Source: Bifidobacterium breve (GTDB lineage Bacteria; Actinomycetota; Thermoleophilia; Miltoncostaeales; Miltoncostaeaceae). Taken from it: 49,059 nt of DNA. This document shows, piece by piece, positions 1-8,619 of this stretch; positions within the stretch are counted from its first letter, which is position 1; each line of letters starts with the position of its first letter. The notes beneath the pieces were generated by a model. The model searched no databases and was not told the origin of the DNA. It saw only the letters and a program-made list of their open reading frames with translations. The translations under genes were made by a program, and so were the position numbers. The DNA is taken from contig CAMCDF010000001.1 of the NCBI GenBank assembly GCA_945873475.1, positions 1 through 49,059 on the forward strand, given 5' to 3'.

Positions 1-67
1 GCCTGCTCAGCCGGTACGCGGCGAGGGTGCGCGTGTCGCACGCCCCTGCCGGCGGCGCGTCGGTTCC

Positions 68-1570
68 CTAGCCCGACACCAGCGCCCGTGCGCGATCGCG
101 CAGGGCGCCATGGGCGAGCCCGGCACGCTGGGCAGCCGCTGTGCTCCACCCACCGGCCACCTCGATGTCCGACTGGCACCGCGCCACCATGGCCTCGGTC
201 TCACCCGGGGCCGATGAGCCCTGCTGCAGGCGGGTGTCTGCCGCGGTGGTGGGGTCGAGGGCCTTCGCGATGAGCGCTTCGTCAACCATCAGGTCGATGC
301 CATCGCTGGCCATGGCGGCCTCGGCCAGCACCTTGGGGGTGAGCGCCGACTCGTCGAGGCCGCGATCAACCAGCATCTTCACCGCGCGACCCACCACGTG
401 GTGCGCCGTGCGGTAGTCGAGGCCGGCGTCCTGCGCCAGCACGTCGCTGAGGTCGGCGGCTGTGATGAAGCCACGACGCGCGGCCTCGCCGGCGCGCGTG
501 GCATCGAGCGTCATGCGGTCGACCACCGCGGCCATGAGGCGCGTGGAGGCCACCACCTCTTCCATCGCGCGTGGCACCACGGTGTTCAGCACGTGGAAGT
601 GGTCGGTGCGGGCCGAGCCGGTGTGCAGCGCCACGAGGATTCCCGTGAGGTCGCCCGCCACGGTGCCCGCGGTGGCGCGCACCACGGCCAGCGCGTACGG
701 GTTCTTCTTCTGGGGCATGAGCGCGCTTGCGCGGCTGTGCTCGTCGGCCAGCGTGGCGATTCCGAACTCCTGGCTGGCGAGAATCTCGAGGTCCTGCGCC
801 AACTCGCTCTGGTGCGTGGCCGTGGTGGCCGCGGCAGCCAGCAGGTCCACGTATGGGTCCCACTGCCACATGGCGTCCTTCACGTGCGGCACCACACCTG
901 AGGCGCCCAGCAGTTCGGCAAGGCGCGTGCGGTCGAGCGGCCAGCGCGAGCCAGCGCTGCCCCCCGCACCTGCCACCGACATGTCGAGCTCGGCGTGGAT
1001 GGCGCGCAGGCGCTCGGCGTCGCGCAGCACCGGGTAGGCGTACGTGAGGATGAGGTGGCCAAGGCGCGTGGGCTGCGCGGGCTGCAGGTACGTGTAGTCG
1101 GCGGCCAGGTCGGTGGCGTGGCGGTCCGCCAGGCGCGTGAGCGCAGCGGCGAGGTCGATGCAGGCGTCGTGCAGGTGGCGTGCGGCATCGCGGGCCACCA
1201 GGCGCAGGCCCACACGGAAGGCCTCGCGGCGCGGGCGTCCAGCCGACAGCCAGCCGGCGGCCACCTTGCCCGCCCGCTCCTTCAACTGGTGCTCACGACT
1301 GTTGAAGGCGTCGCCCAGCGCAGGGTCCCACGGGAACTCGTCCCCCGGGATGGCGTCGAGTTCCAGCAGCGCGGCGAGCAGGGCCTTCGCCTGGTCCGCA
1401 GGGATGGCCCCGGCCTCGGTCAGCGCCACCACGTGGGCGAGATCGGAGGTGGACAGGCCATCCGCGAGGCGGGGCCCGGCGGCGGCCTCGTAGCGGTATC
1501 CCGCGTTGATCAGCGCATCGGCCGGGCCACCCTCCAGGCGCCCGCCGCTTCCCAGGTATTCGTTGGCCAC
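68..1570 (-). CDS. Argininosuccinate lyase-family (fumarate-lyase superfamily) enzyme, divergent ArgH-like
   Basis: 500-aa ORF. 'SRASALMPQKKNPYA' matches the GSSxMPxKxN signature loop of ArgH/fumarase-type lyases. GTG start lies 9 nt downstream of the copA stop on the same strand. Confidence 0.7.
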   Translation of the reverse strand: MANEYLGSGGRLEGGPADALINAGYRYEAAAGPRLADGLSTSDLAHVVALTEAGAIPADQAKALLAALLELDAIPGDEFPWDPALGDAFNSREHQLKERAGKVAAGWLSAGRPRREAFRVGLRLVARDAARHLHDACIDLAAALTRLADRHATDLAADYTYLQPAQPTRLGHLILTYAYPVLRDAERLRAIHAELDMSVAGAGGSAGSRWPLDRTRLAELLGASGVVPHVKDAMWQWDPYVDLLAAAATTATHQSELAQDLEILASQEFGIATLADEHSRASALMPQKKNPYALAVVRATAGTVAGDLTGILVALHTGSARTDHFHVLNTVVPRAMEEVVASTRLMAAVVDRMTLDATRAGEAARRGFITAADLSDVLAQDAGLDYRTAHHVVGRAVKMLVDRGLDESALTPKVLAEAAMASDGIDLMVDEALIAKALDPTTAADTRLQQGSSAPGETEAMVARCQSDIEVAGGWSTAAAQRAGLAHGALRDRARALVSG

Positions 1571-1579
1571 GGATACAGC

Positions 1580-3772
1580 CTACCGAGCGGGCCTGAACCC
1601 TCGCAGACGCAGGGAGTTCGTGACCACGAAGATGCTCGACAGTCCCATGGCGGCTGCGGCGATGAGCGGGTTCAGCAGTCCCAGCACCGCGAGCGGGATG
1701 GCGGCGACGTTGTACCCGAAGGCCCACACCAGATTGCCCTGGATGGTGCGCAGCGTGCGGCGCGACAGGCGGATGGCATCGGCGATGGCGCGCGGGTCGG
1801 GCGTGACCAGCGTGATGTCGGCGGCCTCGGCGGCTACGTCGGTGCCCGTGCCCATGGCGATGCCGAGATCGGCGCGCACAAGCGCGGGGGCGTCGTTCAC
1901 CCCGTCGCCGGCCATGGCCACCACCTCGCCGGCCTCCTGCAACTCGCGCACCACCCGCTCCTTGTCGTGGGGCAGCACGTCGCTCACGACCTCGTCGATG
2001 CCCGCGGCGGCGGCCACCGCCTGGGCCGGCGCGGCGGCGTCACCGGTGAGCATGATGGGCCGCAGCCCCAGTTCGCGCAGCATCGCGATGGCCCGGGGCG
2101 TCCCGGGCCGCATGACATCGCTCACCGCGATGACCCCCGCCGGCGCGCCGTCCACCTCGACCGCCACCACGGTTCGACCCTCCGACCGGGCAGCGTCGCG
2201 GGCCACGGCGAGCGGTCCCGACAGGGAGTCGCTGCGCCCCACCAGAACCTCGCGCCCCTCCACCTCGGCGGTCACGCCCAGCCCGGCCGTCGACCGGAAG
2301 GCGCTCGCGGCCACCAGCGGCGCTGCCTCGCCCGCGGCCTCGGCGATGGCGCGCGCGATGGGGTGCTCGCTGCCGGCCTCGGCCGCCCCGGCCAGGGCGA
2401 GCACCTCAGAGGCATCCCATCCCGGCGCCGGCTGCACGTGCGCCACCCTCATGACGCCCTCGGTGAGCGTGCCGGTCTTGTCGAGCACCGCCACGGTGAC
2501 CCGCCGGGTGCTCTCGAGCACCTCGGGACCGCGGATGAGGATTCCCAACTGGGCGCCACGGCCCGTGCCCACCATCAGCGCGGCGGGCGTGGCCAGCCCG
2601 AGGGCGCAGGGGCATGAGATGACCAGCACGGCCACCGCAGCGGTCATGGCCTCGCCCGCCGGATGCCCGGTGGCCAGCCAGCCGACCAGCGTGCCGACCG
2701 CGATGAGGATGACCACGGGCACGAACACGCCGGCCACGCGATCGGCCAGCCTCTGCACTGGCGCCTTGCCCGCCTGCGCGGCCTCCACCAACTGCGCCAC
2801 GCGGTGCACGGCGGTGTCGGCACCCACGCGCGTGGCGCGCACGGTGATGCGGCCACCGGCGTTGAGGGATCCGCCCTCCACGGGGTCGCCGGGGCCCACC
2901 TCGACCGGCAGGCTCTCGCCGGTGAGCAGGGCGCGGTCCACCGCGGATGCGCCCTCCAGCACCTGGCCGTCCACCGGCACCCGGTCGCCCGGGCGCACCA
3001 GCACCACGTCGCCCACCTGCACTGATGCCGCCGGCACCGTCACCTCGCCGTCACCCGTTACCAGCACCGCGGTGTCGGGCGCGAGCGCCAGCAGGGCGCG
3101 GATGGCCTGGCCCGCGCTGCGGCGGGCCCGGGCCTCGAGGAACCTGCCCAGCAGCACCAGGGCCACGATGCCCGCCGCCACCTCGAAGTAGATCTCCGCG
3201 CCCATGGAGTCGGAGGGCAGCAGCGACATGTGCATGGTCATGCCGATCTCACCGGCGCCCAGGAACAGCACGGCGACCATCGACCACGCCCACGACACGC
3301 CGGACCCCAACGAGATGAGGGTGTCCATCGATGCCGAGCGGTGGCGCAGCGCCCGCCACGCGCCCACGTGGAACGTCCAGCCGCACCACCACACAACCGG
3401 CGTGGACAGCGCGAGGGCCATCCACTGCCAGCCGGGGAACTGCAGCGGCGGGATCATCGACACCAGCACCACGGGAACCGTGAGCCACGCCGCCCAGATC
3501 AGCCGCAGGCGCAGGCGGGCGGCGGTGGCCGCCGCTGAATCGTCGGCGTCGTGCCCCTGCGTATCCGCGGCCGGCGCGGCGTCGTACCCCGCGCTGCGCA
3601 CGGCCTCGATGAGGGCGTCGTCGTCCACGCCCGCCGGTGCATCCACCCGGGCGCGCTCAGTGGCAAGGCTCACCGTGGCGGTGACGCCGTCGATCCTCCC
3701 GAGGGCCTTCTCCACGCGCGCCACGCAGGCGGCGCAGGTCATTCCCTCGATCCTGAGGTCGTGCTCAGCCAA
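1580..3772 (-). CDS. copA: Copper-translocating P1B-type ATPase
   Basis: 730 aa. N-terminal HMA motif 'GMTCAACV', membrane 'CPC' motif ('SCPCALGLATP'), phosphorylation site 'DKTGTLT' and hinge 'GDGVNDAPAL'. Confidence 0.9.
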   Translation of the reverse strand: MAEHDLRIEGMTCAACVARVEKALGRIDGVTATVSLATERARVDAPAGVDDDALIEAVRSAGYDAAPAADTQGHDADDSAAATAARLRLRLIWAAWLTVPVVLVSMIPPLQFPGWQWMALALSTPVVWWCGWTFHVGAWRALRHRSASMDTLISLGSGVSWAWSMVAVLFLGAGEIGMTMHMSLLPSDSMGAEIYFEVAAGIVALVLLGRFLEARARRSAGQAIRALLALAPDTAVLVTGDGEVTVPAASVQVGDVVLVRPGDRVPVDGQVLEGASAVDRALLTGESLPVEVGPGDPVEGGSLNAGGRITVRATRVGADTAVHRVAQLVEAAQAGKAPVQRLADRVAGVFVPVVILIAVGTLVGWLATGHPAGEAMTAAVAVLVISCPCALGLATPAALMVGTGRGAQLGILIRGPEVLESTRRVTVAVLDKTGTLTEGVMRVAHVQPAPGWDASEVLALAGAAEAGSEHPIARAIAEAAGEAAPLVAASAFRSTAGLGVTAEVEGREVLVGRSDSLSGPLAVARDAARSEGRTVVAVEVDGAPAGVIAVSDVMRPGTPRAIAMLRELGLRPIMLTGDAAAPAQAVAAAAGIDEVVSDVLPHDKERVVRELQEAGEVVAMAGDGVNDAPALVRADLGIAMGTGTDVAAEAADITLVTPDPRAIADAIRLSRRTLRTIQGNLVWAFGYNVAAIPLAVLGLLNPLIAAAAMGLSSIFVVTNSLRLRGFRPAR

Positions 3773-3959
3773 CCTCGTAGCCGGCCTCGACGATGGCGTC
3801 GCGCACCAGGGCGTCGTCGGCCTGACCCTCCACCAGAACGGTCCCCCGTGCCACGTCGACCGCGACGGCCGTGACGCCGGGCACGGCGCCCACGTGGCTC
3901 TCCACGGCGGCCCTGCAGTGGTCGCAGCTCATCCCCGAGACCGAGTAGACGCTGCTCAT
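3765..3959 (-). CDS. copZ: Copper chaperone (HMA domain, CopZ-like)
   Basis: 64-aa reading frame from the internal ATG at 3959 ('MSSVYSVSGMSCDHCRAAVE...'), with the MxCxxC metal site. AGGGAGG Shine-Dalgarno lies just upstream. The stop overlaps the copA start by 8 nt. The longer 165-aa track ORF is a run-through. Confidence 0.8.
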   Translation of the reverse strand: MSSVYSVSGMSCDHCRAAVESHVGAVPGVTAVAVDVARGTVLVEGQADDALVRDAIVEAGYEVG

Positions 3960-4005
3960 CAGTGACCTCCCTTTACGACCGACGGTAACACCGCCGTCAA
4001 GGGGG

Positions 4006-4362
4006 TCAGGCGGCGGGCAGTTCCTCGGCCTCCACCAGCACGGCGGTGACGCCCGAGATGTTGAGCAGCCTGCGCACGGCGTCCGACGGCGCGTACAGGC
4101 GGATGGGCGCGGCGCCCTCGCGCGAGCGCTCGTTGGCGGCGATGAGCGCACCCAGCCCGCGGCTGTCCATGAAGGTGACGGCGGAGAGGTCGATGAAGAC
4201 CGTGCGGCCGTCGCGCTGGGCCTCGGTGAGCACCGCCGAGACGTCAGGAAGCGTGCTGGCATCCACGACGCCCACGACGACGACGACGACGCCCGAGGGG
4301 CGTTCGTCCGTTGTTACCGTGACCTGTGCGCTTGAGGGTTCCGACATGGCGGGCCGGGACAC
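4006..4362 (-). CDS. STAS-domain protein (anti-sigma-factor antagonist, SpoIIAA-like)
   Basis: 118 aa. 'IDLSAVTFMDSRGLGALI' matches the STAS phospho-serine motif (DSxG). An alternative ATG lies 5 codons in. Confidence 0.7.
   Translation of the reverse strand: MSRPAMSEPSSAQVTVTTDERPSGVVVVVVGVVDASTLPDVSAVLTEAQRDGRTVFIDLSAVTFMDSRGLGALIAANERSREGAAPIRLYAPSDAVRRLLNISGVTAVLVEAEELPAA
4274..4291. repeat. (ACG)6 trinucleotide repeat inside the STAS gene, encoding Val6
   Basis: Read directly: acgacgacgacgacgacg. On the coding strand this is GTC x6 ('GVVVVVVG'). Confidence 0.9.
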
Positions 4363-4429
4363 TACCCTTCCGGGCCGTTAATGTGGCGCGGGCCCGAACA
4401 CGGGCCACCGGAAACCGCGAGAGGCAGTC

Positions 4430-4600
4430 GTGAAGAAGCTCCCCATCTGGATGGTCACCGTTCTCCTGCTGCTGGGCATCATCACGACGTACGTCGGATG
4501 GATCGACCGCCACGAGGTGGGCTACATCCCGTTCGCGCTGGGGATCATCTGGATCCTCTTCGCGTTCGCGGCCGCGCCGCGCGTCTTCGCCGACGATTGA
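4430..4600 (+). CDS. Small hydrophobic protein (56 aa, two predicted TM helices) directly upstream of the P-type ATPase
   Basis: GTG start preceded by GAGAGG. Translation: VKKLPIWMVTVLLLLGIITTYVGWIDRHEVGYIPFALGIIWILFAFAAAPRVFADD. High GC3. Falls below the ORF-track length cut-off. Ends 37 nt before the ATPase start. Confidence 0.3.
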   Translation: MKKLPIWMVTVLLLLGIITTYVGWIDRHEVGYIPFALGIIWILFAFAAAPRVFADD

Positions 4601-4637
4601 CGGCGCGCGGGCGAAGGCGCCCGCGTAGGCTCGTCGC

Positions 4638-7034
4638 GTGCCCCCGGCCGTGAACACCAACCTCGGCCTCACCTCTGCCGAGGCCGCACGCACGCTCGAG
4701 CAGCACCCCTACCGGCAGGGGCCCAGGGGCAGCAGGTCGTTCGCCGACATCGTCTGGTCGAACACCTTCACGCTGTTCAACCTCATACTGATCGTGCTGC
4801 TGGTTCCCCTGGCCATGTTCGGCCTGTGGGGCGACATGCTGTTCGGCGGCGTACTGGTGGCCAACACGCTCATCGGCATCATCCAGGAGACCCGGGCGAA
4901 GCGTGCGCTCGACCGCCTGGCGCTGCTGGTGGCCCCGCATGGCCGGGTGCTGCGCGACGGCGAGCCGGTGGAACTGGGGCTGCCCGAGATCGTGGTGGGT
5001 GACGTGGTGCTGCTGGAGCCCGGCGACCAGGTGGTGGCCGATGGCGACCTGGTGCGCGCGACGGTGCTGAGCCTCGACGAGTCGGTGCTCACCGGCGAGT
5101 CGGATGCCGTGGTCAAGGATGCGGGCGACCAGGTTCTGTCGGGGGCGTTCTGCGTTGCGGGCAGCGGCGCCTACCGGGTCACCGCGGTCGGAGCCGATTC
5201 GTTCGCCGAGCGCCTCGCCGCCGAGGCGAAGGGCACCCGATCGGTGCTGTCGCCGTTGCAGATCGACATCAACCGCATCCTGCGCATCATCATCGCGGTG
5301 ATGGTGCCGCTCGCCGTGCTGATGGTGGCGTCCACCGTGTGGCTCGACTTCGGCGGCGCGGTGGCATCGGTTCAGCGGGTGGTGGCCGCGCTGGTGCCGC
5401 TGGTGCCCGAGGGCCTCGTGCTGCTGGCCAGCCTCACGTTCGCGGTGGCCGCCGTGCGCCTGGCGCACATCGGCACGCTGGCGCAGCAGCTAAACGCCAT
5501 CGAGAGCCTGGCCAGCGTCGACACCGTGTGCGTGGACAAGACCGGCACGCTCACCGAGAACAGGCTCGAGGTCGCGGGCGTGCTGGCGGCCCCGGGCGTG
5601 GACGAGGCCCGTGTGCGCCGCGCCGCCGGGCTGCTGGCGGCCAGCGCCGCCGCACGCAACGCGACCGCCGAGGCGATCCTCGCGGGGATGCCGGCCGATG
5701 CCGTCACCCCCACGGCCGAGGTGCCCTTCGCGTCGTCGCGCAAGTGGAGCGGCGTCACCCTGCCCGGCGACGGCACCGTGGTGATGGGCGCCCCGGAGAT
5801 CCTCGAGCGCATCGGCGTGGAGATCGCCGCGCCGCTGCAGCAGGCCATCACCAATGCCCAGGCGCAGCGCCGGAGGGTGCTGCTGGTGGCCGCGGGTGAC
5901 CAGCCGCTCGACGAGCAGCAGGAGGGCATGGGGCACCTTCCGCCCGTCGACGCCATCGGCGCGGTGGTACTGGAGGAGGCCCTTCGCCCCGACGCCGCCG
6001 AGACCGTGCGCTTCCTCGAGGGCGAGGGCGTGCAGGTGAAGGTGATCTCGGGAGACGGCGTGGGCACCGTGCAGGCCGTGGCCGTTGCCTGCGGGGTGAG
6101 CGGGGCGGAGAACGCCATGCAGGGGCCCGACCTGCCCGACGACCCCGAGGCCCTGCGGGAGATCGTCACCACCACCGCGGTGTTCGGGCGCATCACGCCC
6201 GAGCAGAAGCGCGCGCTGGTGCAGGCCATGACCGCGAACGGGCGCTACGTGGCGATGATCGGCGACGGGGTCAACGACGTGCTGGCCCTGAAGGACGCCC
6301 GGCTCGCCGTGGCCATGGGCAACGGAAGCCAGATGGCCAAGGGCGTGGCCGACCTGGTGCTGCTGACCAACTCGTTCGCCACGCTGCCCAAGGCCATCGA
6401 GGCCGGACGCCAGATCATCCGCAACACCCACCGCGTGGCCAAGCTGTTCATCACGAAGTCGGTCTACTCGGCGATCATCCTGCTGGCCTTCGCCCTGCTG
6501 CCCCTGGCATTCCCGTTCCTGCCCCGGCAGCTGTCGATCACATCGACCCTCACCATCGGCATACCGGCCTTCTTCCTGGCCCTCTCGAGGAGCGATGGTC
6601 CCGTGCACCGCGAGGGCTTCATGCGCAGCCTCGGTGCGTTCGCCATACCGGCCGGGGTGGTGATAGCGATGGCCATCACGGCCTCGTACCTGCTGGCCCG
6701 CGGCCCGTTCGACGCCACCGTCAACGAGGCCCGGTCGGCCGCGGTGCTCACGGCCACGCTGCTGGGGCTCGCGGTGGTGGTGGAGCTCGAGCGGGGAGTC
6801 GAGCGGCGGCCGGTGCGCCGCTGGGTGTGGCTGATGGTGGCCGCGTTCGTTGTGCTGCTGACCGTGGGCCTGAGGATTCCCTTCCTCAGGGACTTCTTCG
6901 AGGTCGGGGTGCCCACGTCGGCCCAGTGGGGCCTCATCGCCATCGTCGTGGCCGTGGGCATCGTGATGCTGCTGGCCGTGCGCCGCATACCGTGGCTGCG
7001 CCGCATCGAGGACCCCGCACCACGCGGCAGCTAG
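4638..7034 (+). CDS. Cation-transporting P-type ATPase (P2-like, Ca2+/Mg2+/Mn2+ class)
   Basis: 798 aa. 'DKTGTLTEN', M4 'VPEGLV' (PEGL-type) and 'GDGVNDVLALKDA' motifs, with 10 predicted TM segments. GTG start. Confidence 0.85.
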   Translation: MPPAVNTNLGLTSAEAARTLEQHPYRQGPRGSRSFADIVWSNTFTLFNLILIVLLVPLAMFGLWGDMLFGGVLVANTLIGIIQETRAKRALDRLALLVAPHGRVLRDGEPVELGLPEIVVGDVVLLEPGDQVVADGDLVRATVLSLDESVLTGESDAVVKDAGDQVLSGAFCVAGSGAYRVTAVGADSFAERLAAEAKGTRSVLSPLQIDINRILRIIIAVMVPLAVLMVASTVWLDFGGAVASVQRVVAALVPLVPEGLVLLASLTFAVAAVRLAHIGTLAQQLNAIESLASVDTVCVDKTGTLTENRLEVAGVLAAPGVDEARVRRAAGLLAASAAARNATAEAILAGMPADAVTPTAEVPFASSRKWSGVTLPGDGTVVMGAPEILERIGVEIAAPLQQAITNAQAQRRRVLLVAAGDQPLDEQQEGMGHLPPVDAIGAVVLEEALRPDAAETVRFLEGEGVQVKVISGDGVGTVQAVAVACGVSGAENAMQGPDLPDDPEALREIVTTTAVFGRITPEQKRALVQAMTANGRYVAMIGDGVNDVLALKDARLAVAMGNGSQMAKGVADLVLLTNSFATLPKAIEAGRQIIRNTHRVAKLFITKSVYSAIILLAFALLPLAFPFLPRQLSITSTLTIGIPAFFLALSRSDGPVHREGFMRSLGAFAIPAGVVIAMAITASYLLARGPFDATVNEARSAAVLTATLLGLAVVVELERGVERRPVRRWVWLMVAAFVVLLTVGLRIPFLRDFFEVGVPTSAQWGLIAIVVAVGIVMLLAVRRIPWLRRIEDPAPRGS

Positions 7035-7825
7035 CCGGCGGGCAGGTCCAGGCGCTCGATCGAGATGGCGCGGCCCGTGGGCTCGGCACGCACCACCACC
7101 CCCTGCACCCGCACGTCGCCCGTGGCCGGCTCGAACCTGGCGGGCAGTCCGGTGAGGAACCTGCGCAGCACGGGCTCGTCCTTCACCCCGATCACCGAAT
7201 CGTGCGGCCCGCTCATGCCGAGGTCGGTGATGTAGGCGGTGCCACCGGCCAGCACGCGCTCGTCGGCCGTGGGCACATGGGTGTGGGTGCCCACCACGGC
7301 GGTCACGCGGCCGTCCAGGTGACGGGCCAGGGCCAGCTTCTCGCTGGTGGCCTCGGCATGGATGTCGACGATGATCAGGGGCGTCTCGCGGCGCATGCGA
7401 TCGACCAGGTCATCGGCCACGGCAAAGGGACTCTGCGCCGCTTCGATGAATACCGACCCGATGAGGTTGATCACGCCAACCCGGAAGCCCCCACGGGCAT
7501 CCACCACCACCGTGCCCGAACCCGGGCCGCGCGTGGTGAGGTTGGCCGGCCTGAGCACGCGTGGGTCCTGCTCGAGCACCGGGAAGATCTCCGGTCGGCG
7601 GAAGGTGTGATTGCCGCCCGTCAGCACGTCGGCACCGGCATCGAGCAGCGCGGTGGCCTGCTTGGGAGTGGTGCCCGATCCGTGCGCGGCGTTCTCGGCG
7701 TTCACCACCACCAGGTCGGGGCCGTACTGCTGGCGCAACCCGGGAAGGGCGTCCTGTACCGCGCGCATTCCCGCGCCGCCGAATACGTCGCCCAGCACCA
7801 GGGCGGTGAAGACATCCGTGGCCAT
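7031..7825 (-). CDS. ymdB: YmdB-family metallophosphoesterase (2',3'-cyclic-nucleotide 2'-phosphodiesterase-like)
   Basis: 264 aa. 'LGDVFGGAG...VVNAENAAHGSG...GGNHTF...GTHTHVPTAD' are typical YmdB/TIGR00282-type calcineurin-like motifs. Confidence 0.8.
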   Translation of the reverse strand: MATDVFTALVLGDVFGGAGMRAVQDALPGLRQQYGPDLVVVNAENAAHGSGTTPKQATALLDAGADVLTGGNHTFRRPEIFPVLEQDPRVLRPANLTTRGPGSGTVVVDARGGFRVGVINLIGSVFIEAAQSPFAVADDLVDRMRRETPLIIVDIHAEATSEKLALARHLDGRVTAVVGTHTHVPTADERVLAGGTAYITDLGMSGPHDSVIGVKDEPVLRRFLTGLPARFEPATGDVRVQGVVVRAEPTGRAISIERLDLPAG

Positions 7826-8587
7826 CTAGACCCCCGGGCCCGTGGTCTGGCGCACCAGCTCGACCTGCACGTTGTTGCCGGCGTCATTGGTGAAGCGGGC
7901 GATGTCGAATGTGGTCACGCGCGAGAGGTCGCGCACGCGACCGAGCACCGTGCGCCCGGCGCCCACGGGCGACCCCACCCGCGGCACGATTCCGTCGGGC
8001 CCCGGTTCGATGTGGCTCACCCGCACGGCGACGTCGGGCACGCCCGCAGGGGTGATGACGATCTCCAGCCCCTCCGGCCGGCCGGAGATGCGATGCGGGA
8101 TCACCGCGGTGACAACGCCGTCCACCGGGCTGTACACGGTGGTGCCCGCGGGGGCGCCAACGTCCACCCCGGCGGAGCCGGGTTCGCCCTCGTCATCGGA
8201 GATCACGTTGTGCGCCACGCCCGCCGCCGGGGTCATGTTGACGGCGCCGGGTTCCGCGATGGGGTGGAACATCACGGCGGTCACCTGCTTCTGGGCCACC
8301 GGCAGGGCCACCTCCACCTGCCCAGCACGGGCGAGCACCACGCGCTGGGGGGCGCTGGACTGGCCGATGCCCGATGGCGGCACCGGGGATGCCAACTGCC
8401 CTGCGGGCGCGGCGGCGTCGGACTGCGACCCGCCGTCGTAGAAGGCCAGGACGATCGCGGCGATGATCGCGGCCACCAGAACCGCGGGCGCAACGATGGT
8501 AAGCAGCACGCGGTTGCTGCGATGGTGGTCGTCCTGCCGGCGCACGGCACGGCGCGACCGGAGCTGATCACGGGTCAGGGGCGGCAT
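7826..8587 (-). CDS. Membrane-anchored degenerate LytM/M23-domain protein
   Basis: Start taken at the internal ATG 8587 ('MPPLTRDQ...'). One TM helix. C-terminal 'VDVGAPAGTTVYSPVDGVV...VSHIEP...VGAGRTVLGRV' resembles the M23 fold, but the HxxxD and HxH metal ligands are not recognisable. The stop abuts the ymdB start. Confidence 0.55.
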   Translation of the reverse strand: MPPLTRDQLRSRRAVRRQDDHHRSNRVLLTIVAPAVLVAAIIAAIVLAFYDGGSQSDAAAPAGQLASPVPPSGIGQSSAPQRVVLARAGQVEVALPVAQKQVTAVMFHPIAEPGAVNMTPAAGVAHNVISDDEGEPGSAGVDVGAPAGTTVYSPVDGVVTAVIPHRISGRPEGLEIVITPAGVPDVAVRVSHIEPGPDGIVPRVGSPVGAGRTVLGRVRDLSRVTTFDIARFTNDAGNNVQVELVRQTTGPGV

Positions 8588-8619
8588 CGGCCTCGCAAGG
8601 CTAGACCAGCGGGGATACC

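Noticed and set aside
995-2617. Long antisense or alternative-frame ORFs throughout the track, for example 995..2617, 1506..3191, 6827..8632, 10337..12796, 30927..32252, 35620..37239 and 41602..43062. They are rich in Arg/Gly/Ala/His/Pro.
   Set aside because: They overlap genes that carry clear family motifs. Their compositions are typical of out-of-frame translation of very GC-rich coding DNA, and they have no recognisable motifs or RBS. They are treated as artefacts.
3765-4262. A 165-aa ORF spanning copZ and the STAS gene region.
   Set aside because: Its N-terminal 100 aa are out-of-frame read-through of the STAS gene. The HMA domain starts at the internal ATG 3959, which has its own strong Shine-Dalgarno.
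4274-4291. (ACG)6 here and (ATC)5 at 9112-9126 as slipped-strand phase-variation switches.
   Set aside because: They are trinucleotide units, so slippage stays in frame. The tracts are short and encode hydrophobic Val/Ile runs that fit the protein context. At most they are a source of length polymorphism.
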